32,728 nucleotides of DNA, taken from the IMG/VR virus record IMGVR_UViG_3300045988_120863; one strand, written 5' to 3'. The notes below the pieces were generated by a model that was not told the DNA's origin, made no database searches, and was given only the letters and a program-made list of their open reading frames with translations. The translations under genes and the position numbers were made by a program. Below are positions 15,701 to 23,205 of this stretch, piece by piece. The DNA comes from a virus. Every line of letters begins with the position of its first letter. Within the stretch, counting starts at the first letter, position 1.

Positions 15701-16130
15701 CGGCGTTCTGTCCGGCTTCGGCGTTCGCGAGCTCCTCTTTCCACTTTTCGAGCTCGGCGGTGAGGGCCGCTTGCTCCTCTGAGGTGTCCCCGGTCGAGTC
15801 TTTCAGCTCCGCGAGGGCTTGCTCATACTTCGAGACGTTGGCCTCCGCCGCCGCGACGCGGTCGGCGTATGCTGTTTGTGCCTTTTGGCAGTTCTCGAGG
15901 GCCTTTTCCAGCTCGGCGACCTTTTTCGCCTGGGCCGTCTGCATAGCAGAGAGGGCCTCACCTTTCGCCGTGAGGGCCTCCATGCTGTTCGCGTTGTTCT
16001 TATATTCGCTCTGCACCAGGGCGAGGGACGACTTGAGCGTCTTTAACTCCGAGTTGCAAGAGGCTATTTTCTGTTTATACTCGGCCTCGCCCTCAACGGC
16101 GAGTTTGGTCGAAATCGTTCTTACTGCCAT
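12762..16130 (-). CDS. Tape measure protein (1122 aa)
   Basis: Supported by its size, long coiled-coil N- and C-regions, central hydrophobic TM-like block (PWLVKAITATTVGIGTLAAGVTLAANAASIAAVA...) and position in the tail module. Confidence 0.85.
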   Translation of the reverse strand: MAVRTISTKLAVEGEAEYKQKIASCNSELKTLKSSLALVQSEYKNNANSMEALTAKGEALSAMQTAQAKKVAELEKALENCQKAQTAYADRVAAAEANVSKYEQALAELKDSTGDTSEEQAALTAELEKWKEELANAEAGQNAAERGVENWQQQLNKAKIELNETNEAISENDKYLDEAKKSTDGCATSIDKFGNKVKDSKDGITQLAAALAAAGVAKSVKEIADALMECSKAAAGFETALAKVSTLADTSVVSMDTIKAQLVSLSGETGVAVESLAEATYQALSAGVDTANVVDFVSTATKLSVAGFTESATAVDVVTTALNAYGLAGSDAEKVASMLVKTQDLGKTSVGELAATMGRVIPTAAAYNVSLDQLSASYAIITASGTNTAIATTNLGAMFNELASEGGTVATILEEQTGKSFAELMADGASLGDVISILSDSVDGNSTAFSNLWSSTTAGQAALTLLNQGSEKFNDTLVKMQNSSGAVERNFETMADTTEFAQQRMTTASENLKIAIGDQLNPALEKLYSVGADAFTWATDFVNENPWLVKAITATTVGIGTLAAGVTLAANAASIAAVAQGVLNAVMAANPAFLVAAGVTALVAAIGTFILTLDNADEETRAFTESLQETKSAYEELSDSMAEEQATTAATVDSLQSLLEVEEKSAAQKAAIAEMVAQLNEDVPNLGLAYDAATDSINMTTEALDALVERAADQEEYEAQVARLSELYTEQAEITSRLEEAQAALAEAQETGSGNTWTLQNNIDELTTALEDNQAQIAALEEESAEFGAWQEKSAQATEEMTSTVNGLISEMEALQTAYEESHAKAVESIEGQLGLFNDLDGTAKTSIDSLIETLKGQVSYMETYAANIQKAMELGVDEGLVKKLADGSEESAQILAAIVEGGEDEIAALNEQLAKVEEGKNAFGDTVAEMETDFSEKMADIEKRMKDCMDELDVSVEAGAAGAATIEGYIEGAESMRSSLVSTYRSLARAANNAYKSTLDIHSPSRVFRDDGRNTILGAIEGGEDMRSQLERTYESLAKSAIRAYERAQPKGTEADAVAAQQRQTAAVVAAATEKVGGGGSTYQFHIEKMEVRDDQDVERVAQELYYMTEREKRSRGGGSL

Positions 16131-16173
16131 ACGGCGAGGCTCCTTTCGTGTATGGGAATACTCAATAAATTAC

Positions 16174-16202
16174 TTGATATTCCCATAAAGGCGGGTTATA
16201 CT
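16174..16202 (+). promoter_or_regulatory. Sigma70-type promoter of the lipoprotein moron
   Basis: TTGATA (16174-16179), then 17 nt, then TATACT (16197-16202). It is flanked and overlapped by the inverted repeat tatgggaata (16151-16160) / tattcccata (16178-16187). Confidence 0.6.
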
Positions 16203-16250
16203 TGCCCTATGAAATGCAAATATTTTCGCTTTATGTTGGAGGTGTTCAGT

Positions 16251-17018
16251 ATGAGGAAACTTTCTTTTTTGGCGCTTGTGCTTGCTATGTGCTTATGCCT
16301 CGGAGCGTGTTCCAGCGGCGAGGCACCCTCCGTGCCAGAGGAGCCGACGACCGCCGTCCCGGAATATTCGTTCATAAACTCCGACCGATACGTCCAAAAC
16401 GGGACGACCGGGATCGGGTATCGCGTGGCAATCGGCGACGGCGCGACCGAGGAGGAAATGAGGGCCGTTTTCGGGGAACTCTGTTCCGCCGACTCCTACG
16501 ATCTGCACACGGTATGGTTTTACGGCCTCCCGAGCGACGTCGAGGACGTCGGCTCGTTTTCCGTAGGTATGCTCGAGGAAAAATCTCGCGGCGCGGAGCC
16601 TGTCTTTACGCCCTGCACCTATGACGCCGATACAATAGCGGCTTTGAGGGAGAGAGGAGCGGAGATCGAACAATCCGACGAGGCCCGGAGTATTCCGCGC
16701 CCGAGCATACAACAAGAGGCCCTCGTCGAGGAAAACCGTTTCTATCCCGTAGACGGCGCGATTTTCACCACCGCCGCCGACGAGAACGGCCTCGCCGATA
16801 CCCCGTTTTGGGTTCGCGGAGAGATCGTCTCCCGCTCCGACGTCGGAGGTTATGATACAATCCAGCTCTCCACGGAGTACGGGGCCCTCTATATTTCCGC
16901 CGTCTCGGTCAATATTCCCGAGATTGACGAGGGGGCGGAAATAACCGTCTATTTCGTCTATTCCGGCTTTTCTGACGCCCTGGGCGGGCCCTGCGGCGTG
17001 TATGCCTATCACGAATAA
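16251..17018 (+). CDS. Lipoprotein (255 aa), antisense moron within the tail module
   Basis: This is the only plus-strand gene. GGAGG lies 8 nt upstream of the ATG. The signal peptide MRKLSFLALVLAMCLCLGAC carries an L-G-A-C lipobox. It has its own promoter and terminator. Confidence 0.75.
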   Translation: MRKLSFLALVLAMCLCLGACSSGEAPSVPEEPTTAVPEYSFINSDRYVQNGTTGIGYRVAIGDGATEEEMRAVFGELCSADSYDLHTVWFYGLPSDVEDVGSFSVGMLEEKSRGAEPVFTPCTYDADTIAALRERGAEIEQSDEARSIPRPSIQQEALVEENRFYPVDGAIFTTAADENGLADTPFWVRGEIVSRSDVGGYDTIQLSTEYGALYISAVSVNIPEIDEGAEITVYFVYSGFSDALGGPCGVYAYHE

Positions 17019-17030
17019 AAACTCCCGAGG

Positions 17031-17064
17031 AGGGGCCGTTGCTGTCACGCGGCGGCCCCTTTTA
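17031..17064. terminator. Hairpin between convergent genes (lipoprotein gene versus chaperone T-extension)
   Basis: aggggccg (17031-17038) pairs with cggcccct (17053-17060). TTT follows on the plus strand. On the minus strand a U-run appears only 9 nt downstream. Confidence 0.55.
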
Positions 17065-17594
17065 GTCGTCCTGAACGGCCTTTTTGCCACGGGCCCGGAG
17101 CCATAGCTCCCACATATCGAACAATTCTCCCGGAGGCATGAGGAGCGCCTCTTTCCGGGAGACGCCGCATAACGCCGCGATCCGCCCGTAGTGGGCGCGT
17201 GTCACGTCGTTTTTTTTTGCGCGTTCAGCTCGGCGAGGCCGAGGTCGATCTCGTCGTTTTCTTCGACGACTTCCCGGCCATAGCCGAGCTCCATAGCGGC
17301 GGGGATCGCGAGCTTGAGGGCCGCGATCTCGCTCGGTGTAATAGTGGCCCGGATCGTGGCCGCCTCGATGATCGGCCCCTTGTCGTAGCCCAGGTGTCGG
17401 CGGGCGAGCTCGCCTTGCTCGGCCAAAATGGCCGCGGCCTCACAAGCTACGGAGAGTCCGTCCCGCGTGTTTTTGCCAATGGCCCCGAGGAGTTCCGCCG
17501 CGGTGCCGAATTTTTCTTGCAGTTGAAACATGGCCTCCCCGGTATAGGCGAGGTATTGCGTTCTCCCAGCGAGGGTGATTTTTACGGCTTTCAT
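17062..17594 (-). CDS. Tail assembly chaperone -1 frameshift product (gpGT-like), about 177 aa
   Basis: A -1 slip on A AAA AAA (A-run 17210-17218) opens a 49-codon frame (NDVTRAHYGRIAALCGVSRKEALLMPPGELFDMWELWLRARGKKAVQDD) that ends at TAA 17062-17064. Confidence 0.6.
17202..17594 (-). CDS. Tail assembly chaperone (gpG-like), 130 aa
   Basis: Lies between the major tail protein and the tape measure. RBS GGAGGG. Ends with CAA AAA AAA ACG ACG TGA, which contains a slippery A9 run. Confidence 0.7.
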   Translation of the reverse strand: MKAVKITLAGRTQYLAYTGEAMFQLQEKFGTAAELLGAIGKNTRDGLSVACEAAAILAEQGELARRHLGYDKGPIIEAATIRATITPSEIAALKLAIPAAMELGYGREVVEENDEIDLGLAELNAQKKTT

Positions 17595-17657
17595 GGTATG
17601 CCCTCCAAAGTGTGAAAATAGGGAGGCGAGGGAAATCCCCGCCCCCCTGCGTCAGCT

Positions 17658-18227
17658 TTAGCCGCCCGGTGTGACGGTTCCCTTGAGCTGTTCCTTAACC
17701 CAAGCTTTCGCCGCGGCCTCGGTGGTGAGCTCCTCCGTAATTCTCCAATCATCGGAGTTGCAACGGAAAACCGTAAAGGTCGTGGAGTTCGTACCGAACG
17801 TGATAGAGTCCGCCTTTGTGGCGGCGTTATCATTTCCGAGCACGGCCTTAACCCTGGGGTAGAAATAGCCCTTAAAGAGCTTCACACCCTTACGCATAAG
17901 GACTTTGTAATAGGCGAGACCGCCCAGCGGCGCGGAGTCGCCCGCCTTGTAGTGGACTTTCTTCTCCTCGACGGTGCACCCGTAGACCTCCGCCGCGACG
18001 TCGTCCGTCATGTCGTCGGTCTCCATAGCCACCGAGCCGGACGAGAACTCGTCCACGCTCTCGGCGAGCTCGTCGTCGGCGTAGAGCTTGCCGGAGGCAA
18101 GGTTTACGGTGAGATCAGCCTTGACGAGGCGTCCAATATTGACCGGGCCCTCGTAGGTGGGGAGGGCGTCGTCCGGCTCGGTCTTGATCTTGGAGAAATG
18201 CGGATACTTAGCTCCGAAACTTGCCAT
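17658..18227 (-). CDS. Major tail protein (189 aa)
   Basis: Supported by position and size. RBS AGGAGG. The sequence resembles phi13-type siphovirus major tail proteins (MASFGAKYPHFSKIK...LVKADLTVN...). Confidence 0.7.
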   Translation of the reverse strand: MASFGAKYPHFSKIKTEPDDALPTYEGPVNIGRLVKADLTVNLASGKLYADDELAESVDEFSSGSVAMETDDMTDDVAAEVYGCTVEEKKVHYKAGDSAPLGGLAYYKVLMRKGVKLFKGYFYPRVKAVLGNDNAATKADSITFGTNSTTFTVFRCNSDDWRITEELTTEAAAKAWVKEQLKGTVTPGG

Positions 18228-18248
18228 AGTAAAACCTCCTATTGAGAA

Positions 18249-18668
18249 TTAAAGTTTTTTGCCGTCCAGGTAGGCGTGATAGACTTTCTCGCCCGCCGCA
18301 ACGGCTTCTTGTTCTTTCCGCTCGTTCGCGGTTTTGAGGGCAGGGCGGCCCGGTTGGCCTCTTTTGCCGAACTCATTCACAAAGGCGACCTCCGCGTTAC
18401 GGGTGCCGCGCTTGTTGTGGCCCTGCGGGGCGACGGTGATCGACTTGTCGAGCCCCGTCCGCTTGATCTTGCCCTTTTTGATCGAGGCGGCGGTCGTGCC
18501 CGTATAATACGGGCCTTTCCACATTCTCGACGCTTCCGACCGCTGGGCGGCCTCGATTACGTCGGCCTCTGCATTGAGCATTTGATCCGTTACGGAGTCC
18601 GGGAGGCGGGCCAGTTCGTCGAGATCGCCGATCAGGTCGTCGAGGCCGGAAACGGACATGGTTCCCAT
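18249..18668 (-). CDS. HK97 gp10-like tail/neck protein
   Basis: Start at ATG 18668 in a TAATG overlap. NAEVAFVNEFGKRGQPGRPALKTA fits the gp10-family EFGT...P motif. Confidence 0.55.
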   Translation of the reverse strand: MGTMSVSGLDDLIGDLDELARLPDSVTDQMLNAEADVIEAAQRSEASRMWKGPYYTGTTAASIKKGKIKRTGLDKSITVAPQGHNKRGTRNAEVAFVNEFGKRGQPGRPALKTANERKEQEAVAAGEKVYHAYLDGKKL

Positions 18669-19000
18669 TATTCCGCCCCCACTCCCCGGGCGAGCTGACA
18701 CTCGAAAACGTGGTGCTGACCCTCTTTGTCCGAGGCGTTTGTATAACTCGGCCAGGTAGTGCCCGCCGCGGCCAGTGCTTTTTTTATGGCCCGCCGCTTC
18801 TCGATAGTGTCCTCGCCTGTCGGGGCGAATAGGTGGACGGAGATCGAGAAAAGCTCATGCTCCGGCTCGTCGTCGCCGAAATCTGTCGGGGTGGATATGT
18901 ACCCGAATGTGATATAGGTCGGCTCGGTGCCCTCGTAGGTGTCGGCCTCGACGGGCGCCACGGGCTCGAGAGCGGCTTTCAGTAGGCTATTGACCGTCAT
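18668..19000 (-). CDS. Neck / tail-completion protein (110 aa), family not recognised
   Basis: Internal ATG at 19000 forms an ATGA overlap with the upstream gene. The assignment rests on position in the head-tail joining block. Confidence 0.4.
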   Translation of the reverse strand: MTVNSLLKAALEPVAPVEADTYEGTEPTYITFGYISTPTDFGDDEPEHELFSISVHLFAPTGEDTIEKRRAIKKALAAAGTTWPSYTNASDKEGQHHVFECQLARGVGAE

Positions 19001-19341
19001 ACCGCCGCCCCCTCTCCGCCGCCGTCCTGGGCGCCCTCGGCGGGCTTCGGAGCCTCTTTGCAATTAAGCTCGATAACCTCGCCCGCTCGAGTGTACGTCC
19101 TCACGACCTCGTAGGGGTTTCCGCCGTATTCGATCCGGGTCTCGCTCTCATAGTCCGATCCTCGCACCTCGAGGACAAGAGCGATTTTGTCTCCGGCCTG
19201 TTTGGCGGCGTAGAACTCGGATCGGGTCGCGGATTTCTTGTTGACAAAAACCTCCCGCCGCGCTTCATTCTCGACCTTGTAGCCGTTTTCGTTGACCGTT
19301 TTTTTCACGCCGACGAGGGTCGCAATATCTCGCCAATACAC
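18997..19341 (-). CDS. Head-tail adaptor / head closure protein
   Basis: 114 aa with a GTG start. The pattern ...SATRSEFYAAKQAGDKIALVLEVRGSDYESETRIEYGGNPYEVV... is typical of SPP1 gp16 / HK97-type adaptors. Confidence 0.55.
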   Translation of the reverse strand: MYWRDIATLVGVKKTVNENGYKVENEARREVFVNKKSATRSEFYAAKQAGDKIALVLEVRGSDYESETRIEYGGNPYEVVRTYTRAGEVIELNCKEAPKPAEGAQDGGGEGAAV

Positions 19342-19346
19342 GAGAG

Positions 19347-19682
19347 CTACACCTCCTCCGTGGGTTCGATATAATCCGAGGCCATAGAGAGCGCGATCTT
19401 TTGACTCCTGAACGAGGCGCGGTATTTATCCGCGTCGTCGTTGTCGAGGCCAAACTCCGCCTTGACATAGGTCGAAATCGCTTGCTTTACGAGCGGATCG
19501 GTCTCGTCCGCCGCCCTGGCCGGGAGGACGCCGCCGCGCATGAGATCGGCGCGGGCGGCGAGGATCAGGTCTTTAATTTCCCCGTCCAGCTTATCGACGG
19601 ACGAGCGCACCCGGAGACGAATATCGGAGAGGTACTCCGAGGAGACCTCCGCCGCGGCGGTTGTGTTCGCTTGCTCGCTCAT
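19347..19682 (-). CDS. Head-tail connector (gp6-like)
   Basis: 111 aa with RBS AAGGAGG. EYLSDIRLRV...IKDLILAARADL...VKQAISTYVKAEF follows the gp6-like DNA-packaging/connector pattern. Confidence 0.6.
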   Translation of the reverse strand: MSEQANTTAAAEVSSEYLSDIRLRVRSSVDKLDGEIKDLILAARADLMRGGVLPARAADETDPLVKQAISTYVKAEFGLDNDDADKYRASFRSQKIALSMASDYIEPTEEV

Positions 19683-19692
19683 GGCGTCCTCC

Positions 19693-19959
19693 TTAACCCG
19701 AGATCGTGTACTCCGCCGTCAGGACGTCCGAGGCGGTATGCCCGTCCGCGTAGGCTTTCGCCTTGATCGTCACGGCCTCCGTAATGGTGATCTTGTTCTC
19801 GTAGAGGGTGGACGACTGCGTCGGGTTAGACTTGTCCAGCGTGTAATAAATCCTCGCTCCATCGGTCGCAGAGGAGAGCTCTACCTCCGTACCGCTGGCG
19901 ACCGGGCCCGCGGCAGGGTTCGCCGCGGGCGTCTCAGTCTTGGCCGATGGAACTACGCT
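19693..19959 (-). CDS. -1 frame C-terminal extension of the capsid protein: Ig-like (chitobiase/Fn3-associated type) domain, 88 codons, no own start codon
   Basis: The frame is open from 19995 to TAA 19693-19695. No ATG, GTG or TTG occurs before the domain. ATDGARIYYTLDKSNPTQSSTLYENKITITEAVTIKAKAYADGHTASDVLTAEYTI. It is entered via the A7 run at 19959-19965. Confidence 0.6.
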   Translation of the reverse strand, partial: SVVPSAKTETPAANPAAGPVASGTEVELSSATDGARIYYTLDKSNPTQSSTLYENKITITEAVTIKAKAYADGHTASDVLTAEYTISG

Positions 19960-21290
19960 TTTTTTACGCGGATAAAGCCGTTTTCGGTGACGACGTTACC
20001 GCCGATCATGGCCTCGCCCATGACAGCGAGGAGGCCCTCGGCGAATTTGTAATCGCGGGAGACTTCCACGGAGTAGGGGCCGAACAAATCGAGCTGATAG
20101 GCGTAGGGCTTGCCGTATGCCATGCAGTAGGACGCCGCGGCGGTGCCGGAGGCAGACAGCGCGGGAAGATCGTCCACAATGCAGAACTTCACGACGAGGC
20201 CGCCGTCCTTGATGGTGCCCGTTGTGGTGCTTTCCTCGGAGAACTCGATCTCATAGACCGCCTTTTTCTCGTTGGTGCCGCGGACGTCACCGAACGCGAT
20301 CAGGTCGGTCTTGTTCAGCAGGAGGACGCCGCCGCCCTCGACGTTCTTCGCGCCGCCGTAGCTGAGAGCAATCTTGCGGAGCGTGGTCTCGTCAATGGAG
20401 GAAATCTCGAGGTCGGTTCCGGCGCTGATGGCCGCGGCCTTGAGAATACCCGTAGGCTCGGGGATCGTGGCGGCAGGATTACCCGTAACGATCAGGGTTC
20501 CCGTCTTGGCGCGGAGAGCGTTCAGGGCGGACGCGGAAACGCGATCCTGATAGTTGAGCGGGGTCGTGCGCTGGATATTGCGGGAGACATAGGAGAGGGT
20601 CGTTACCAGGGTCGGCACGATCTTAGCGATCTTGAGGTTCGGAGTGCTTTCGGGGGTGGCGGAGCCGTCGTCTTTCTTGGTGGCCGCGGTCTGGCCGCCG
20701 CTTACCTCGTAGGCTACGGAATCCTCGCCCATACCGTCAGCGGGGACGACGCGCACCATATCGACGATCCCGGAAACGACATTCTGACCGGGGTTAATGC
20801 CGGAGACGCGGGACGGCTGGGCGATATTGCCCCCGGACAGCGTCAGGGAACGGTGGAGGGCCTCGGTCGTGATCTCCATGCGGTGCTCAGTCGCGAAACG
20901 CTGGGCGCGGGCCTCGACCTCACCGACGCCGATACCCTGCAAGTCGGCCATGCGGGCCGCGCGAGCGTTTACGCCATAAGGCAGGCCACCGCCCGCCGCT
21001 TCGCCGTGAGCGCCGCCGCGGCCAGTAATGGGATTGACGGGGCCCGGGGTGGGATCGCCCTCGTCGCCGGAGCCACGGTCGCCGTGGCCGCCGCGCTCGC
21101 CCTGGTGGGGATCAATGCCGCCATTGAGGCGGCGGGTCGCGGCCTCTCTGCGGTCGAGCTCGCGCTCCTCTTTGTCCAGGTCGTCAAGCTCACGCTCGAG
21201 GGCGTCCATATCGACCTCGTCGGTTCCGGCCAGCATGGCGCGGATTTCGGCGCGGCGCTTTGCGATTTCCTTACGTCTTTTTTCAAACAT
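19953..21290 (-). CDS. Major capsid protein, HK97 family (445 aa)
   Basis: It has an N-terminal coiled-coil delta-like region and lies after the protease. RBS AGGAGG. Confidence 0.85.
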   Translation of the reverse strand: MFEKRRKEIAKRRAEIRAMLAGTDEVDMDALERELDDLDKEERELDRREAATRRLNGGIDPHQGERGGHGDRGSGDEGDPTPGPVNPITGRGGAHGEAAGGGLPYGVNARAARMADLQGIGVGEVEARAQRFATEHRMEITTEALHRSLTLSGGNIAQPSRVSGINPGQNVVSGIVDMVRVVPADGMGEDSVAYEVSGGQTAATKKDDGSATPESTPNLKIAKIVPTLVTTLSYVSRNIQRTTPLNYQDRVSASALNALRAKTGTLIVTGNPAATIPEPTGILKAAAISAGTDLEISSIDETTLRKIALSYGGAKNVEGGGVLLLNKTDLIAFGDVRGTNEKKAVYEIEFSEESTTTGTIKDGGLVVKFCIVDDLPALSASGTAAASYCMAYGKPYAYQLDLFGPYSVEVSRDYKFAEGLLAVMGEAMIGGNVVTENGFIRVKKA

Positions 21291-21305
21291 GGTTCTTTCC
21301 TCCTG

Positions 21306-21914
21306 TCATTCGTCAGTATGTGAGTAGGTACGAGTGCGAGCTAAAAGCCTCCGCCGCCTCGCGGCTTGCTCCAAAACCTTAACCTCTTTCGAGTGCTCCA
21401 CCTCGAAAAAGGATCGTGCGGAGAGGGACGTCTCCTCATACGCGGGAATATCCACCGCGGAGACGTCGTATAGCTTGCGGATTTTAGTAATCGTCCGGGT
21501 GTGCGTGACGTTGTCATACTTGGACTCGCGCACGGAGAACGAAAAACTCATTTTGTCGATATAGCCGCCGTCGATCTCCTCGTAGAGATCGCGGCCCGCG
21601 GCGGTGCCGGAGAGATCGGCCTCCATATCGACGCCGCGGTCGGTGATATTGAGGCTCAGAGTCTTATTACGGAGGCGGGCGACCACCTTTCCGCCGTGGT
21701 TGTAATTCATAATCACGTCGGACATATCGCACCCGTCAAAGGCGTGGCGGTCGATCACCTCGTAATATTTGACTCCGTCATACTCATAAAGGCACGTCGG
21801 GGAGTCGAACACTACCGCCGTACCACGGACGCGATATGCGTCGTTTTCTCCCTCGCGTGGAATGAGGGAGAAATCTTGCAAGGCTCTATATTCTCGGCCT
21901 TTCTTGATAGGCAT
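21306..21914 (-). CDS. Prohead maturation protease (HK97 family)
   Basis: 202 aa between portal and capsid. YRVRGTAVVFDSPT...IDRHAFDG...VIMNYNHGG is the typical pattern. Confidence 0.75.
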   Translation of the reverse strand: MPIKKGREYRALQDFSLIPREGENDAYRVRGTAVVFDSPTCLYEYDGVKYYEVIDRHAFDGCDMSDVIMNYNHGGKVVARLRNKTLSLNITDRGVDMEADLSGTAAGRDLYEEIDGGYIDKMSFSFSVRESKYDNVTHTRTITKIRKLYDVSAVDIPAYEETSLSARSFFEVEHSKEVKVLEQAARRRRLLARTRTYSHTDE

Positions 21915-23201
21915 TTACTGCCCCTCCTTTCCTGTTTTCGGCTCTGTCGGCTCTGGGCCTTTCTGTGGATCGTCGGGCGGAGGGTCGGTCTCCGTCGTCT
22001 GGCCCGTGCTCCCGAGCTGGTATTTGTCGATAATATCGGCGTTTACCATGTTCAACGTCTGCACCCTGCGGGCGCCCTCCTCGCCGCCGATGGGCGGGAA
22101 ACCAAAAATATCGAGAACTTGATCCAGGGAGACGGCGCCGATATTCGTCAAGAACTGAGCCGCCGAGACGCGCTTGTCGAGGGTCTCAAACTGAATACGA
22201 TCCAGCTCGCAAACGATCTCATTTCCGAAACCCTGCTCCCGCTCCGTAAATAGGGCATTTGTGAGGCCTTGGGCCAGTTGCATATAAAACGGGGCGAGCT
22301 GTCCGCGATAAAAAGCGTCCATTTTCTCGGCGTCGGCCTTGTTCTGAACAATGTCCTCATTTACACCGAAATAGTCGTAAATCTCCCGCCGCACAAACTC
22401 GAGTTGTCCGACTGGGAGGGGCGTTTCCTTTTGCGTGATGGGCGTATATTCGTACTTGTTATCAATGACGATCACGCCCGCGCCGTTCGTCTCCATGCGG
22501 AGGTTATCTCGAATGAAGTCGTCGCGGCGGCTGTTCAAATCCTCCTGTTTGGTGACGCTGTTCGCCTTGAGTATGCCGCGGATCACGGAGACGAGCTTTG
22601 CAAACTTGCTCATACTCTTGTTGAACGAGTCCGCGGTCTCGAGGGTGGGCGTCAACGGCGTGTTGTTGTCGCCGAAAATATCGTTATCGAGATAGTGACG
22701 GCGGAGGTGGATAATCTGCTCGTATGGGACGGTATATACCGAGCCTGTGGCAAAGGTGAGGCGGGCGTACATTTGTCCCATGTACTCGACAAGATCGACG
22801 CGGGAGGCGTTGATCGGGTAAAGGGCCGTGAGCTTTCCACCGTCGAATACGGGCAGAATAAAGGCGTTGTTGTAAACCGCAAATTGAGCGGCCACCCGGT
22901 AATAAAAGGCGTAGGCCGTCATATACGGGTTGGGTTTGCTTTGCAAAAGGCGGTTGATATAGTCGGACATATCCTCGCGGCGCCCGCTCGCCCGCCGAAT
23001 GTGCCTCGGCTGGATTTTGGCCGCGTTTCGCGCCCAGGCGTCCACCGCGGCGCGGACGGTCGCAATATCCCAGGCCCGCCCGGAGAACGGCGTAAAGCTC
23101 GAGTCGAAAGAGGATAGGAGCCGAAACGCCGGGAGGTTTGAGCCTCCGTCTCCCGTGGGGCGTTTCCCGAAAATGCTTTGAAATAGGCCTCGAATGTTCA
23201 T
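21915..23201 (-). CDS. Portal protein (HK97 family)
   Basis: 428 aa, immediately downstream of the large terminase, with an acidic/Pro-rich C-terminus. Confidence 0.8.
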   Translation of the reverse strand: MNIRGLFQSIFGKRPTGDGGSNLPAFRLLSSFDSSFTPFSGRAWDIATVRAAVDAWARNAAKIQPRHIRRASGRREDMSDYINRLLQSKPNPYMTAYAFYYRVAAQFAVYNNAFILPVFDGGKLTALYPINASRVDLVEYMGQMYARLTFATGSVYTVPYEQIIHLRRHYLDNDIFGDNNTPLTPTLETADSFNKSMSKFAKLVSVIRGILKANSVTKQEDLNSRRDDFIRDNLRMETNGAGVIVIDNKYEYTPITQKETPLPVGQLEFVRREIYDYFGVNEDIVQNKADAEKMDAFYRGQLAPFYMQLAQGLTNALFTEREQGFGNEIVCELDRIQFETLDKRVSAAQFLTNIGAVSLDQVLDIFGFPPIGGEEGARRVQTLNMVNADIIDKYQLGSTGQTTETDPPPDDPQKGPEPTEPKTGKEGQ

Positions 23202-23205
23202 TTTT

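Noticed and set aside
16293-17090. 265-aa minus-strand ORF overlapping the lipoprotein gene
   Set aside because: It is antisense to a gene with a promoter, RBS, lipobox and terminator. The product is Arg/Gly-rich. The only credible minus-strand coding here is the 49-codon chaperone T-extension, which ends at 17062 in a different frame.
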